The translations under genes were made by a program, and so were the position numbers. Under the pieces are notes generated by a model that was not told where the DNA came from, did no database searches, and worked only from the letters and a program-made list of their open reading frames with translations. Positions 31,551 to 46,699 of a stretch of DNA of 64,000 bases are shown piece after piece (the stretch's first letter is position 1; every line of letters starts with the position of its first letter). The DNA comes from the human T2T-CHM13v2.0 reference genome, Homo sapiens, in the NCBI RefSeq assembly GCF_009914755.1, contig NC_060939.1, one strand, 5' to 3'.

Positions 31551-33119
31551 CAACAGTATTACCCATGGGACAAAATTTGTACTAATAGCAAGAATTATTT
31601 TGTGTCTCATTTAGAAACAATTTGACTTTTGTTCCAGTGTTTAAACTTTGACAAAAATGGTTTTGAATAGATCTTTATAACCTGATGCCATAAATACAAG
31701 ATTCTCTGATACTTTCATTTAATATATCAATATTGGGCCTAAAACAGTATTCTGTAAAGCTTAAATTGGTATTAACTATGATCATCTTGATGTCTACGAT
31801 AGATAATAAACAAGGTCATACATACCTTACTAAACAACTTTGGTTTTTCACCAACATTTTATTCTTTAAAAGATTCAGACTAACAGAGTTACTTAGCATT
31901 TCGAGTCGTGTGCTTTATTTAGCAAGTGAGTAAAAATATTGGAATATTTAAGTATTTGCATAAAAAATCAAATGGTAGTGTTTTGTAATCTCTACTGTAT
32001 TTCCTATTAAGGTTTTATATATTACTTTCCCATTGTTCCTGAATTTGTTATCCCATATATAAACAGAAACACGGATGAGTAAAAAAAATAAAAATAAAAT
32101 AAAAAATAAAAAAATAAAAATCAACAACAACTATATATTATATATGTACAGGAAAAAAACCCATGAGTCTAATCATGAGAAAAACATTGGACAAATCACA
32201 AAAGAGGGACATTCTACAATATCCCTCACCAGTACTCCTCTAAATTGTCAAGAACATAAAAAATAAAGATTATCAGAGAAATCATCACAGCCAAGAGAAG
32301 AATAAGAAGACCTGAAAACTAAATGTAAGTGTGGTATCCTAGATGGGTTCCTGGAACACAAAAATGATACAGGTAAAAACTAAGGAAATCTGAATAAACT
32401 ATGAATTTTAGCTAATAATATCAATATTGGTTTATTTATTGTAACAAATGCACCATAAGATGTTAATAAATATGATAGGGTACGTGTGTATTGGGGGGAG
32501 GGCATATGGAAACTCTTGTACCATCTTCTCAATTTTTCTATAAATCTAAAACTGCTCTTAAAAAGCCTGTTTAAAAATTCAATAGCTAACTGTAATGCCA
32601 CCACAGTATTAACACTGTGAGATATATTTTATCAGTTTTGTTTTTCTTTACGTGCATGTGTATTCACATACCCAACAGGTTTAGTTTTTCTATTTTAGTC
32701 AAATGATAAATACATGTTCACCATAGAAAAATTAGAAAATAGAGACTTTTAAAACTTCTGTAATGCCATCACCACAAATAAATATGATTGCCATTTTGAC
32801 ATACAGCCTTCCAGCTGTATATGTATATATCTATTTATCTATGTACTATTCCTTCATCACCCATTTCCTAATTCTTACATAAACATACTTAGATTTTATC
32901 ACAAAGTTATTTTCTCTGGAAAATTCTCCCTGGTTCCCAAAGCAGGTTAAGTCTCTCTAATAAGCACTTACATAGCTCCCTGTACTGCTCTTTCCTAGTG
33001 CTTATAACATTTGTAATCAAATGGTCAATTGAGAAATTAATCATCATTAATGCCTGTCTTCCCACAAAAATGTAAGCTTCATATATTATTCATCGTAGTT
33101 TCCCCACCATGGTGCCTTA

Positions 33120-33620
<501 letters not shown>

Positions 33621-34309
33621 TTACTATGTGCATAGAAAAAAAATACAACAAAGAGTTCAAAATCGTTAAGTCTGGGTGGGGAATTTCAGTAAGTTTTCAT
33701 TTCCTAGTGTAAATATCTGTCATGTTTCAATTTTTATTAAGTATGCATTATTTTTATGAACAGAAAAACAAAGATAAAATATGCCTTCATTATGGAAAAA
33801 TTAGAAAAGGCAATTCTTTTCAAAAAAACTAAACAACTTGTTATTATCAATCTCATTATACCAGACACAATCAGTTAATAATTCAGTATATTTCCTTTTA
33901 ATTTGTACCTTGCACATTTATTTTTGTTTGACATACTATAGGTAAATTTATATTTTGACTTTTATGTCTCATTTCATCCTGACAATTACCTTATCAGGGA
34001 GACAACCTTTGGCCACATCAGCAGCAGCACAAATGAGTTGAATCATGAGCATGTGTTCCCAGAGCTGGTTAAAAACAGACAGAAGAATGGGGTCTCCTGA
34101 CTCTCAGTCTTTCACTCCTCGTTAGCCCTCACAGTTCAGCAACAAATTATCAAAGTTGAGATATCATATGTACTATAAAATGACTGAATTCAAATTGAAC
34201 AGCTCTACAAGTTTAATCACTTTTATAGTATTTCAAATGTTCATATAGTTAGGCAAATGTTTATTGTAGTCTTAGAAGGAAAGATATCTGTAATTACTAA
34301 AAAGAACAC

Positions 34310-34840
34310 CAACCAGCATAACTATTGATATACGTAACAATTTGGATAGATCTCAAGGGAATCATGTTGGGTGTAAAAAGCCATTCTCAAAGGCTATATA
34401 CAAATACTGTATGATTCCATTTATATAGCATTCTAAAAATGATGACATTTCAGAAATGGAAAGCAGATTAATGGTTGCCAGGGACCAGGAATTGGCAGGG
34501 GGAGGGAAGATTGAGGGTAACTATAAAGGGGTAGCATAAGGGAGATCTTTGTAGGTATGGAACAGCTTTGTATCTTGACTATTTTGATAGTTAGACAAAT
34601 CTACACAGGTAACAAAATTGCATGCATGCATGCATACACACACACACACACACAAATGTATATAAACTAGTGAAATCTGAATAAGGCTTATGGATTATAC
34701 CACTGTCGATTTTACGGTTTTGCTATTATAATACAGTTTTGTAAGATGTTATGATTGGGGGTAACTGGTGAACAGTAGACAGGAGATCTCTGTATTATAT
34801 TGGCAACTTCCTGTGAATATTTAACTTAAAAGTTTTCAAA
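34310..34840 (+). mobile_element. L1ME-type 3' end fragment with a short (CA)n
   Basis: ATACTGTATGATTCCATTTATAT, GATTAATGGTTGCCAGGG, GCAACTTCCTGTGAAT. Confidence 0.7.
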
Positions 34841-37111
34841 TGGGCAAAAAGGATAAATGACACAAAAACCTCATAATTAACCCTTGCCAGAAACCCCTTA
34901 TATTAGGGTTTCATAAATGTTTGAAACACACAGTAGTAAATGTGTGGGAAGAAAAATACCACAGAGGAGAATTTCTAACAGAGCTGTCCAACGACAGAGT
35001 GGGATCTCAGGCAGGCAGTAAGCTTCTCACTGGAGGTATGTGAACAGAGAGAATGATTTTCTGAAGAGGGATATGGTAAGAATGACTCATTAATTTATAA
35101 GTTATAATTTATTAGTCATAAATTATAAATTAATGTATAACTTATAAAATATAATTTATAATTTATTAATTAGAATAAATACCTATTCTAATTCTCCTTT
35201 ATGAATTTAGCAAACATGCGGTATAAGTAACACAAAACCCACTCCCTCTCTCCCCAGCTTGCAATCATGTCAGATGCTAATAGATGACACCCCTCCTTAC
35301 CACATGTCCCCTATAAACCTCCTAATTCTGAACAGGTGCTTCAGGTAGCTACTACAGTCGGAGTTAGTATTTGCTTTCCTGAACCACGAACCACCTAACA
35401 ATGTGGTCAATGTTCTACAAACTCTCTGAAGATGGCAAAAGTATAAAATGCTAATTCAAAAGTAAAGCTTTGCCACACCTTGCACTAGAACCAAGAAGAC
35501 AACCTAATAGGATCCAAAGAAGACTGTCTCCAGCTATAACAATATTCATAATCACTATGATATAATACTTTGAAATTTAGTAACTACTCTGATCTAATGT
35601 CCTACTAGCTCTTACCTTTTAAACTATTCTTACAGAAAAGGTGGATAAATTATTCTGGTCTATAACAGGTGAAATTCTGGCAAACGGAAGGTAAGAAATA
35701 ATTTGCCCCAAATGTAGTTTAAAAAAAAAAAAAAGCGTGCCCTAGCACCACTTATAAAACTCAAGGCTTTAAATCTTTTCAGTGATCTACAAACACCTTT
35801 CTTTAAAAAGGAGCAAAATTGTTGAAGAAAATATCAAATATAAGGAAAAATAAGTGTATACTGATTATACTCATTATCTCTGAAGTAACCAAAGAGTTAA
35901 TCACTGATTTTTAAAGTTCTTAAATAAAAGAAAGTAAACAAAAACTGGTTGTAACTGCCAGACAGGAAATTTCTGTTGGATGCAGAGAAGATTCTAGGAG
36001 TAGCTTGTGATGATAATGGAAAAGGGCACTTTGGCTAATAGACAGACCTAGAACACTGAGATAAAAGGTTCTCTGAAGTGTTTTACTTTTTAATAGGTTT
36101 TAAGGAATAAGAACACCAACCACTTCAACTAGCCAATATATAAAATAAAAATATTGAATGTGGACCACTGTTTTCTAATTTTGTGCACCATCAATCCCTC
36201 TTAAATAGTTCTACCCCACAAGGCTATCTGTTCTAATGTTATAGGCCTTCTAATACCAAATTTATAGATGCACCCATTTAGAGCAGTGCAAATTCATCGC
36301 TGTTTCTGGCAATATCACTATGGATGATCTTTTACTCTTTGTTTACTTTCTTCATTTGCAAAGTGGGAAGCTGCTCCCAATGAAAAATATCGTTAAAAGG
36401 TCAACTACAAAGCAGAACCAACATGAGATTTTATTATAAATAACAAAATGCCTTCTTTGTAACAAAGATATTCTTGTGCTTTAAAATTTACTTTTGTTTT
36501 TCTCTTAGTAATCATCACTGAAATTGCTAATATATGATGTAGAAGTAAAGAGCTTCTGAAAGATTCTCCTAGGCAGAACTGGCTGCCTCCTTCAGTCATC
36601 CAGGATTTTTGGCCTGGTGACCTTAGTTTCTCTTTATTGCCCAGTGTCCCTGTTACCTGACCTCCTTAGTTCCTCTTTACTCCCTAGTGTCACTCCTACC
36701 AACAGAAATCACTTGGTACAGAATTCAATAATAAAATGTCTATCCCCACCATACTGTAATTATTTGCATATATAGCTGTCTCCCCCACTGACCTCCTCAA
36801 GAATAAAACACTCTATCTCATATATTTTATATCCCTAGTGCTGATCATGATGCTTACAAACAGTAGACCCTGGGGAAAAGTTTATTAAAACATTGAGTAA
36901 TGACTACCAAACTCTCTAAGGAGAAAAAATTCCACTGTTTACTAGAATCTTACTTCCAAGGTTTTCTAGACAAAATAAAATAGAATATCCACACCAACAA
37001 TTTATGCCTTGCCTTGGTAGTTCATTGTTTTTCGTATCTGGGAGTTAAATGACCTTATCTAGAGCAGCTAACTGAGCCTCACATTTCTCTGTGCCAAAGT
37101 TTAAGACTTTA

Positions 37112-38352
37112 TTTATTTTTTTCCCCCAGCATTTTTTTTATTATACTTTAAGTTTTAGGGTACATGGGCACAACGTGCAGGTTAGTTACATATGTATACA
37201 TGTGCCATGTTGGTGTGCTGCACCCATTAACTCGTCATTTAACATTAGGTACATCTCCTAATGCTATCCCTCCCCCGTCCCCCACAGCACAACAGGCCCC
37301 AGTGTGTGATGTCCCCCTTCCTGTGTCCATGTGTTCTCATTGTTCAATTCCCACCTATGAGTGAGAGCATGCGGTGTTTGGTTTTTTGTCCTTGCGACAC
37401 TTTGCTGAGAATGATGGTTTCCAGCTTTATCCATGTCCCTACAAAGGACATGAACTCCTCATTTTTTATGGCTGCATAATACTCCATGGTGTATATGTGC
37501 CACATTTTCTTAATCCAGTCTGTCATTGTTGGACATCTGGGTTGGTTCCAAGTCTTTGCTATTGTGAACAGTGCCACAATAAACATATGTGTGCATGTGT
37601 CTTTATAGCAGCATGATTTATAATCCTTTGGGTATATACCCAGTAATGGGATGGCTGGGTCAAATGGTATTTCTAGTTCTAGAGCCCTGAGGCATCGCCA
37701 TACTGACTTCCACAATGGTTGAACTAGTTTACAGTCCCACCAACAGTGTAAAAGTGTTCCTATTTCTCCACATCCTCTCCAGCGCCTGTTGTTTCCTGAC
37801 TTTTTAATGATCGCCATTCTAACTGGTGTGAGATGGTATCTCCTTGTGGTTTTGATTTGCATTTCTCTGATGGCCAGTGATGATGGGCATTTTTTCATGT
37901 GTCTTTTGGCTGCTTAAATGTCTTCTTTTGAAAAGTGTCTGTTCATATCCTTTGCCCACTTTTTGATGGAGATGTTTTTTTCCTGTAAATTTGTTTAAGT
38001 TCATTGTAGATTCTGGATATTAGCCCTTTGTCAGATGAGTAGATTGCAAAAATTTTCTCCCATTCTGTAGGTTGCCTGTTCACTCTGATGGTAGCTTCTT
38101 TTGCTGTGCAGAAGCTCTTTAGTTTAATTAGATCCCAATTGTCAATTTCGGCTTTTGTTGCCATTGCTTTTGGTGTTTTAGACGTGAAGTCCTTGCCCAT
38201 GCCTATGTCCTGAATGGTATTGCCTAGGTTTTCTTCTAGGGTTTTTATGGTTTCAGGTCTAACATTTAAGTCTTTAATCCATCTCAAATTAACTTTTGTA
38301 TAAGGTGTAAGGAAGGGATCCAGTTTCAGCTTTCTACACATGGCTAGCCAGT
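37112..38352 (-). mobile_element. L1PA3/4, non-inverted 3' part (ORF2 C-terminus, 3'UTR, tail)
   Basis: ORFs 37943-38341 and 37344-37898 match the ORF2 C-terminal Cys-rich region ([16 protein letters not shown]); L1PA 3'UTR; left TSD CAAAGTTTAAGACTTTA at 37095-37111. Confidence 0.96.
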
Positions 38353-40524
<2,172 letters not shown>

Positions 40525-40663
40525 TAAGACTTTAGAGACAGACAATGAGATCCTCAGGACAGGAAACATGTCTTATTTATCTCTGTACTCCTAATACTTG
40601 GTTATGGAATATGCGCTCAATAAATGTTTGCTGAGTGAATGCATTATTAAATTGATCCACATT

Positions 40664-40950
40664 GCTGGGTGTGATGGCTCACGCCTGTAATCCCAGCACT
40701 TTGGGAGGCTGAGGCGGGTAAATCACTTGAGGCCAGGAGTTCCGAGACCAGCATGGCCCACATGGTGAAACCCCCATCTCTACTAAAAATACAAAAAATT
40801 AGCTGGGCATAGTGGTGGGTGCCTGTAAGCCCAGCTACTCAGGAGGCTAAGGCACGAGAATCACTTGAATCCAGAAGGCGGAGGCTGCTGTGAGCTGAGA
40901 TCACACCACTGGGCGACAGAGTGAGACTCTGTCCCAAAAGAAAAAATAAA
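40664..40950 (+). mobile_element. AluS with a ~12-bp deletion in the right arm
   Basis: CACCACT|GGGCGACAGAG lacks GCACTCCAGCCT. Confidence 0.92.
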
Positions 40951-40978
40951 ATACTGTTTTTATACCAGCTAAAAACAA

Positions 40979-41393
40979 TGTATTAGGCTGTTCTCACTTT
41001 GCTATAAAGAAATAACTGAGACTGAGTAATTTATAAAGAAAAGAGGTATATTTGGCTTATAGTGCTGTAGGCTATACAGGAAGCACAGCAGCATCTGGTT
41101 CTGGGAAGGCTTCAGGAAGCTTACAATCATGGCAGAAGGCAAAGGGGGAGGAGGCATCACACATGGCAAAAGCAGGAGCAAGAACGGATAGGAGGTGCCA
41201 CACACTTTTAAATGACCAGATCTTGCAAGAACTCTCTCACTATTGTGAAGACAGTACCAAGGGGATGGTACTAAACCATTGATGAGAAATTTGCCCCCAT
41301 GATCCAATCACCTCCCACCAGGCCCCACATCCAACACTGATGATTACAATTCAATGTGAGATTTGGATGGGGACACAGATTCAAACCATAACA
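40979..41393 (-). mobile_element. MSTA-like MaLR solo LTR
   Basis: TG...CA ends, perfect 5-bp TSD AACAA, MST motifs CAGGAAGCTTACAATCATGGCAGAAGG and CCCATGATCCAATCACCTCCCACCAGGCCCC. Confidence 0.92.
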
Positions 41394-41603
41394 AACAACT
41401 TCTAATATCAGACCCACAATCCATGTAAAAAAAACTAGACATATTTGTCTCACTAGTGTTTATACAGTAATTTGAAGCAAACAGTGATGTATCAAATTGA
41501 ATTCAGTTCTTAGGTCCCAAGTAGAGTGAAATATAAAGATAATGTGGAAAAGAAACAAAAACAAAAAAACAGCTAGAATACATTCTCTCAAAACCCTTCC
41601 CTT

Positions 41604-41876
41604 GGCTGGGTGTGGTGGCTCATGCCTACAATCTCAACAATTTGGGAGGCCAAGGTGGGAGAATTGCTGAGACTGAGTTTGGGACCAGCTTGGGCAACAT
41701 AGGGAGCCCTGTCTCTATAAAAATAAATTAGCCAGGTGTGGTGGCACACACCTGTATTCCCAGCTATTCAGGAGGCTGAGGTGGGAGGACAGCTTGAGCC
41801 TGAGTGGTAGGCTACAGTGAGCTTTGATCGTGCCATTGCACTCCAGTCTGTGTGACAGAGCAAGATCCCATCTCAA

Positions 41877-41915
<39 letters not shown>

Positions 41916-41925
41916 AATAATTAAT
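41604..41925 (+). mobile_element. AluJ with a long (TAAA)n tail
   Basis: AluJ diagnostics; tetranucleotide STR at about 41875-41915. Confidence 0.92.
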
Positions 41926-43536
41926 AAAACACTTTTTCCTTGGTGTGACCATGGCAAATAGGTGGAACTCAGCTGTCAAGCGCTTTTATATAGAGAGGGT
42001 AAATTAGCAGTGATGGGGCCACTGAAAAGCCAGAAACAGTTCATCTCCTTGTAAAGTTTCCATTTTCTTGGCAAATGAAAGTTCCCAAGAGTAAGTGCTA
42101 CCTTTCTATTTTGGAACTGATTTTAAAAAAGATGTTTCTGAGGTCTTTGGATTTAGTTTCTCTCAATAATATACAAACCAAATTTCTCAGCTGATATATT
42201 TAATGATGATTTTCTAACTGGGATCTGAAAATCCAGCTGTGCCATACCCACTGCTTTCTTATGCCTCTCCCTCTTAGTGACTAAGATTCTTTGATATGAA
42301 TTTAGGTCATCCTGAAATATAATAAATTTTGGTTACCTTATATAAAGTTAAAGTTGGAGAATGGACTAAGATTTTAAAATAGCTACAAATGTAAGGTGAC
42401 CATATAAATATAACAGAGAACTAGTACAAATTTAAAAAAAAAACATAACCATAGACTACTCTAACTTCTATGATTTAGAATCCAGCACCATATAGTTTGA
42501 ATTTGTTTACTAAATGTTCTAAATTGTAAGAGAAATCTGATCTCAAATAATCTCCATAGACTATAAGCAGTTAAGTCTCCCCATTTGCTAAGCCATTTTA
42601 GCCATCTATCTTGAACAATTAACTTCCCCCTCCTGCTACTCCCTTCCCCCAACACACAGATTCATCTTTGGATTTTAAAGAATGACATAATGAACTTTCA
42701 CATTAGGGTCTATTAACTTTGATAAAGGAGATGCTCAAAAACATCAATAAACACTTTCAACTACTATCTTGTGATGACAAACCATAATACTTGGTCTTGA
42801 TAATCTCTCAAATAGGTAAGTAAAGCCAGAAATTTTAAATTAGGAGAAATAAAAGAAAGGACATAAAATATCTCCAAAGAAACAGAAATGCCAAAATCAT
42901 TTTAAAACATTCGTAAGAATGAGAATACACATTTTCTACTGTCATAAATCTAACAAAGCTAAAAAGCTCTCTTCTGAGACTCCCTCTCCTTATTTCGGTC
43001 TGCACTTTCCATCTGATGACAGCATTTTCTGGATACAAGGAATATTTCTCTCATCACAGAAACTGCCTGACTTGTAATCTAAGAGAAACAAAAATAATTC
43101 TTAGCTCTTAGATCCAATATCCTAGCAATGTTGAAAAAACAACTCCCTAAGATGTTAAGATGTTTCTGAAACTGATTGTCTCTCATTTTCCACCAAACAC
43201 AGAATTAATCAGGGTCTATATTCTTGATACTATTCTATTTAGGAAACAGCTTGACATGTGGGATATACATATATAAAAAAATACTGGTGACAAAGAGCTC
43301 GTGCTATAGGCAGGCAGACAGAAGAAAACCTATCTCATGTACCATATTTAAAATCTTCAGAAATTAAGTTTAGCAAGGTAAAATAATCCCAAAAGGGCCC
43401 ACTATTATTTGCCTCAAGTAAACATATTCAACAACAAACCACATCCAAAAATACTTAGCAGCCTATGATGTTTGACTATCACTTAAAGCAAGGCTTTAGA
43501 ATATGTAAAGAAAATCCAAACATTTCTGATACTTAC

Positions 43537-43604
43537 CTGCTTTCCAAAGTAACTAATAATACCACTGGACAAACTACACTTTGAAAAGACCATAAATGAG
43601 TAAC
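43537..43604 (-). other. Candidate 68-nt internal exon
   Basis: Acceptor TTTTCTTATTTCTAAAATCCAG|G and perfect-consensus donor CAG|GTAAGT in unique DNA. Confidence 0.4.
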
Positions 43605-44311
43605 CTGGATTTTAGAAATAAGAAAATATTCAAAGTTTTCATACTAAAAAGTATTCCCAGATGATTGTCAACATGATGGTAATTAGTATATTAATGTTTT
43701 AATAACTACGAAATCAAATATTTGGATGTTAGGTTGAGGTTGTCTCTGCACTCATCAGATTATGGTTCTAAATAAAGTAAATCATTGTTGGGGCAAGGGT
43801 ATGTTTAAACTGGAATCAGCCAGTTAAATAAAGAAACAACCCAATGAATCATTGTAAATTCCTATGCCAATAAGATAAAAACTCACACTTGGCACTAATG
43901 TATTCTAAACATCTGTCTGTATTTCTTTAACACTCATATTTCATGTAAATAACAAGCAGATAACTACGAAACAAGTTCTCTTTTATAATGTATATAAATA
44001 TATATGACAAAAGATCAATATTAAGCATTAGTGGAACATTATATCAACAATAATAAAATATACTAAGACCTAATCTTCCTTTTTAACAGAAAAGAAGAAC
44101 TAGTTATAGATCATTGTTGTTGTTGTTTTTTTAACGTGAACCCTGAAAAACTAAAACACTAAACCAAATGTAAAAAAAGAAAATCCATACCCATGCTAGA
44201 TTTTCCTTTTGATATAATTAGAATCATTACAAATACTGTATAAGGGGGAAAAAATGCAACGTTATTGCAATATCCAAAGATAAAGTGATGAAAATTAAGG
44301 AAGATACTCAC

Positions 44312-44560
44312 ATTTTGAAGATTTAAGAATTAATTGATAAGCCACATTATGGAAGAAGAAGGAAAAAAAATAAAAAAACCTTAGTCAAAGCACCCTGAAA
44401 CGGCAACAGTGCATGCTGACTTCAAAGATGCCTCCAATATCACAAATAATAGCAGTAGCTCAACTCCCTCACAGCTTCTTGACAACCACTACTCTGAAGT
44501 CCCAATGGAGACTACTCTGATCTGATAATGGATCCTTCACTCTCCAATGGCAAAAGATCA
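44312..44560 (-). other. Candidate upstream (first or 5'UTR) exon ending at AAT|GTGAGT; 5' end undefined
   Basis: Donor GTGAGT at 44306-44311; locally less AT-rich unique sequence with CCAAT motifs. Confidence 0.25.
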
Positions 44561-46699
44561 CTTTACAGTATACCACATGTATTTTAATCCATTGACTGGC
44601 CCATTAGTACATAAATATTTTTAAAAGCTTTCCTGATATGATCCTCAATTTCCCCTTCAATAAAAAAGAAAGTATATCTACCTTATATAGTTGTGAGGAT
44701 TAGACAAGGTATACAAAGCTTCTAGCACAAGGATCTTGCAGGATATTCTGGCACAAGTACTTATTTTGAATGTACCACAAAACTGTATAATAAGCATTTT
44801 TTGAAAGAATGGAAAAAAGCAAGGCCTCGACTGAAGCTCTGACACCATGCAGACCAAATTTAGTAACTGACATTCTTTTCATTCACCATTAAAAGTGCTC
44901 TTTATATAAATTACCTTAAACTGTAATAAAATTACCAAAGGTTCTATTCGATAAAGAAGACAAACAAAATATAAAGGAAGGAAAATAGAAAGAAGTAATA
45001 CTTATTGGCTGCCTACCATATACTAGGCATAATGCTAGAGGAACACTGTAAGAAATCCATAATGTAGTCTGATTGGTGAGGAAACTGAGGCTCTCACAGC
45101 TATTCATGCAGCTATTACATGACAATGTTGGGATTCAACCTGGTCTGTGTGAAGGCAAAGTCTATTTTTCTTTCCACAGTGCCACACACAATTCACAGAA
45201 AAGTGATGGAAAAATTCAAAAAACATAAGCATTATAAACCACATAGTTGTTTTTGGAGCAAAGGAATTATTTTCACTGAAACATTCAGGAAGCAACAACA
45301 AACACATCCATCCTGGATCACTAAAAAACTAAACTGAAAATCTACATGCCAATTAGGTAAACAAAGAAAAACAAGTCAAACATGATAAAACATTTATCCA
45401 CCACATAAATTGCTTAGTAGGCACAGAAAGATACAGAAGGTATAGAAAGCTTTAGATTTAGTTCATGTATTACATTTCGTTAGAATCTACAGTCTAAGAT
45501 GATATATACTTTCTCTATTTTCATGAAAATGAAACAAAGCACATTTATTTTTAATTAATGGGCTAAGATACAACCAACAGGCCATGAAGTAATTTTGTTG
45601 TTTATAGAACAAGTCCCACTACAAATCTGCAATTTACTTGTAAAACATGATTCAGAACCAAAATGCAGAGCAAAACAAAATTTTATCTTGTCCTCTCTTC
45701 ATGTCACCTGGAGGGGTTCTTCTGAGAGTAAAAAGCCAGAATCTCTATTTTCTAACTAATATTACAGGACTCAACCTTACCACTGAAAGCAAGGATTACT
45801 ATTATTGACCAACAGAACACTCAAGTTAGGCTTCCAGATAATTAAGGGTTTTGTTTTGTTGATTCGTTGTTTAGGAATGCAATCAAATCCAGATTGTCTA
45901 TAGCCATGTCTGAATTCCACCCTGACTTTTAATCCCCTCTCTGCCAACCAGCATGCTCTGGACCACTAGACCTCACACCTAAGTTAGAGTAAGCAGGTTT
46001 ATGAGTGTCTTACTATTTGGTGTAATCAAGCAAATCAGAAAGATAAGTCAGAGGAAAAAAATCATATTTTCTAATAATACATACAAATGATTTTCAGGAA
46101 ATCAATGATATACCTCTCATTCATTAACAAGGATGACCTGGACATGACCATTCTGTTGAACTATATTGCACAGTTTTTCATCACTGAGTTATTCTGCATT
46201 AGTGATGAGGTAAGAACAGCAGAATACATAAGAAAAAATTGTTCCTTATGGCATTGAATTTATCAATATATGAAAGTGGGTTTCTAGAGTTTACAGAGGA
46301 AAACAAGAATGACAGGGAAAATGCTGAATACAGTCCTCTGTAGTGGGGGAAAAAAGTGTAATTTCCTTCCTTGATCAATTACACTAGTCAGTTAACTAAT
46401 ATCTTGGTTCTAATTTAAGAGCTGGACCTATTCACCCTCTGAATCACAAGACAGAAGTGACTACCTAATATTAAAAAGAAAAAAAAATTCTTAAAATTTT
46501 AAATGCACATAATACTCTGAAATCAAGAAAAAATACAAAAAAGTAGAAGTCACTTTAGTTTTTTTTTACTGCTTTTAAAATAATATAGAAATTTTGAAAA
46601 ACATTGGTCTGTATAAAGAAACACAAATCACTAGCAATACTACCAAATAGAGATTAACTATTGACATGTTGATGTACGTATTTCATTATTTCTTTTAAC

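Larger units (their letters stand above)
30539..32155 (+). pseudogene. TERF1: 5'-truncated processed retrocopy containing only 3'UTR; parent recognised as TERF1 (symbol given is the parent)
   Basis: Cleanly interrupts an L1M; matches the recalled TERF1 3'UTR (AAACTTGTGTCA..AAAACTTTTGTTTAAAGCATTACAG; AAATCCTGTTCCAATGAAAAAA; internal antisense Alu; ..AAACAGAAAC..GGATGAGT); A-rich tract 32081-32120; AAAAC at both junctions. Confidence 0.8.

Noticed and set aside
30539-32155. Insert as a SEPT14, DHFR or FGF7 3'UTR copy
   Set aside because: My recollection of those UTRs does not match, whereas TERF1 matches colinearly; still needs BLAST.
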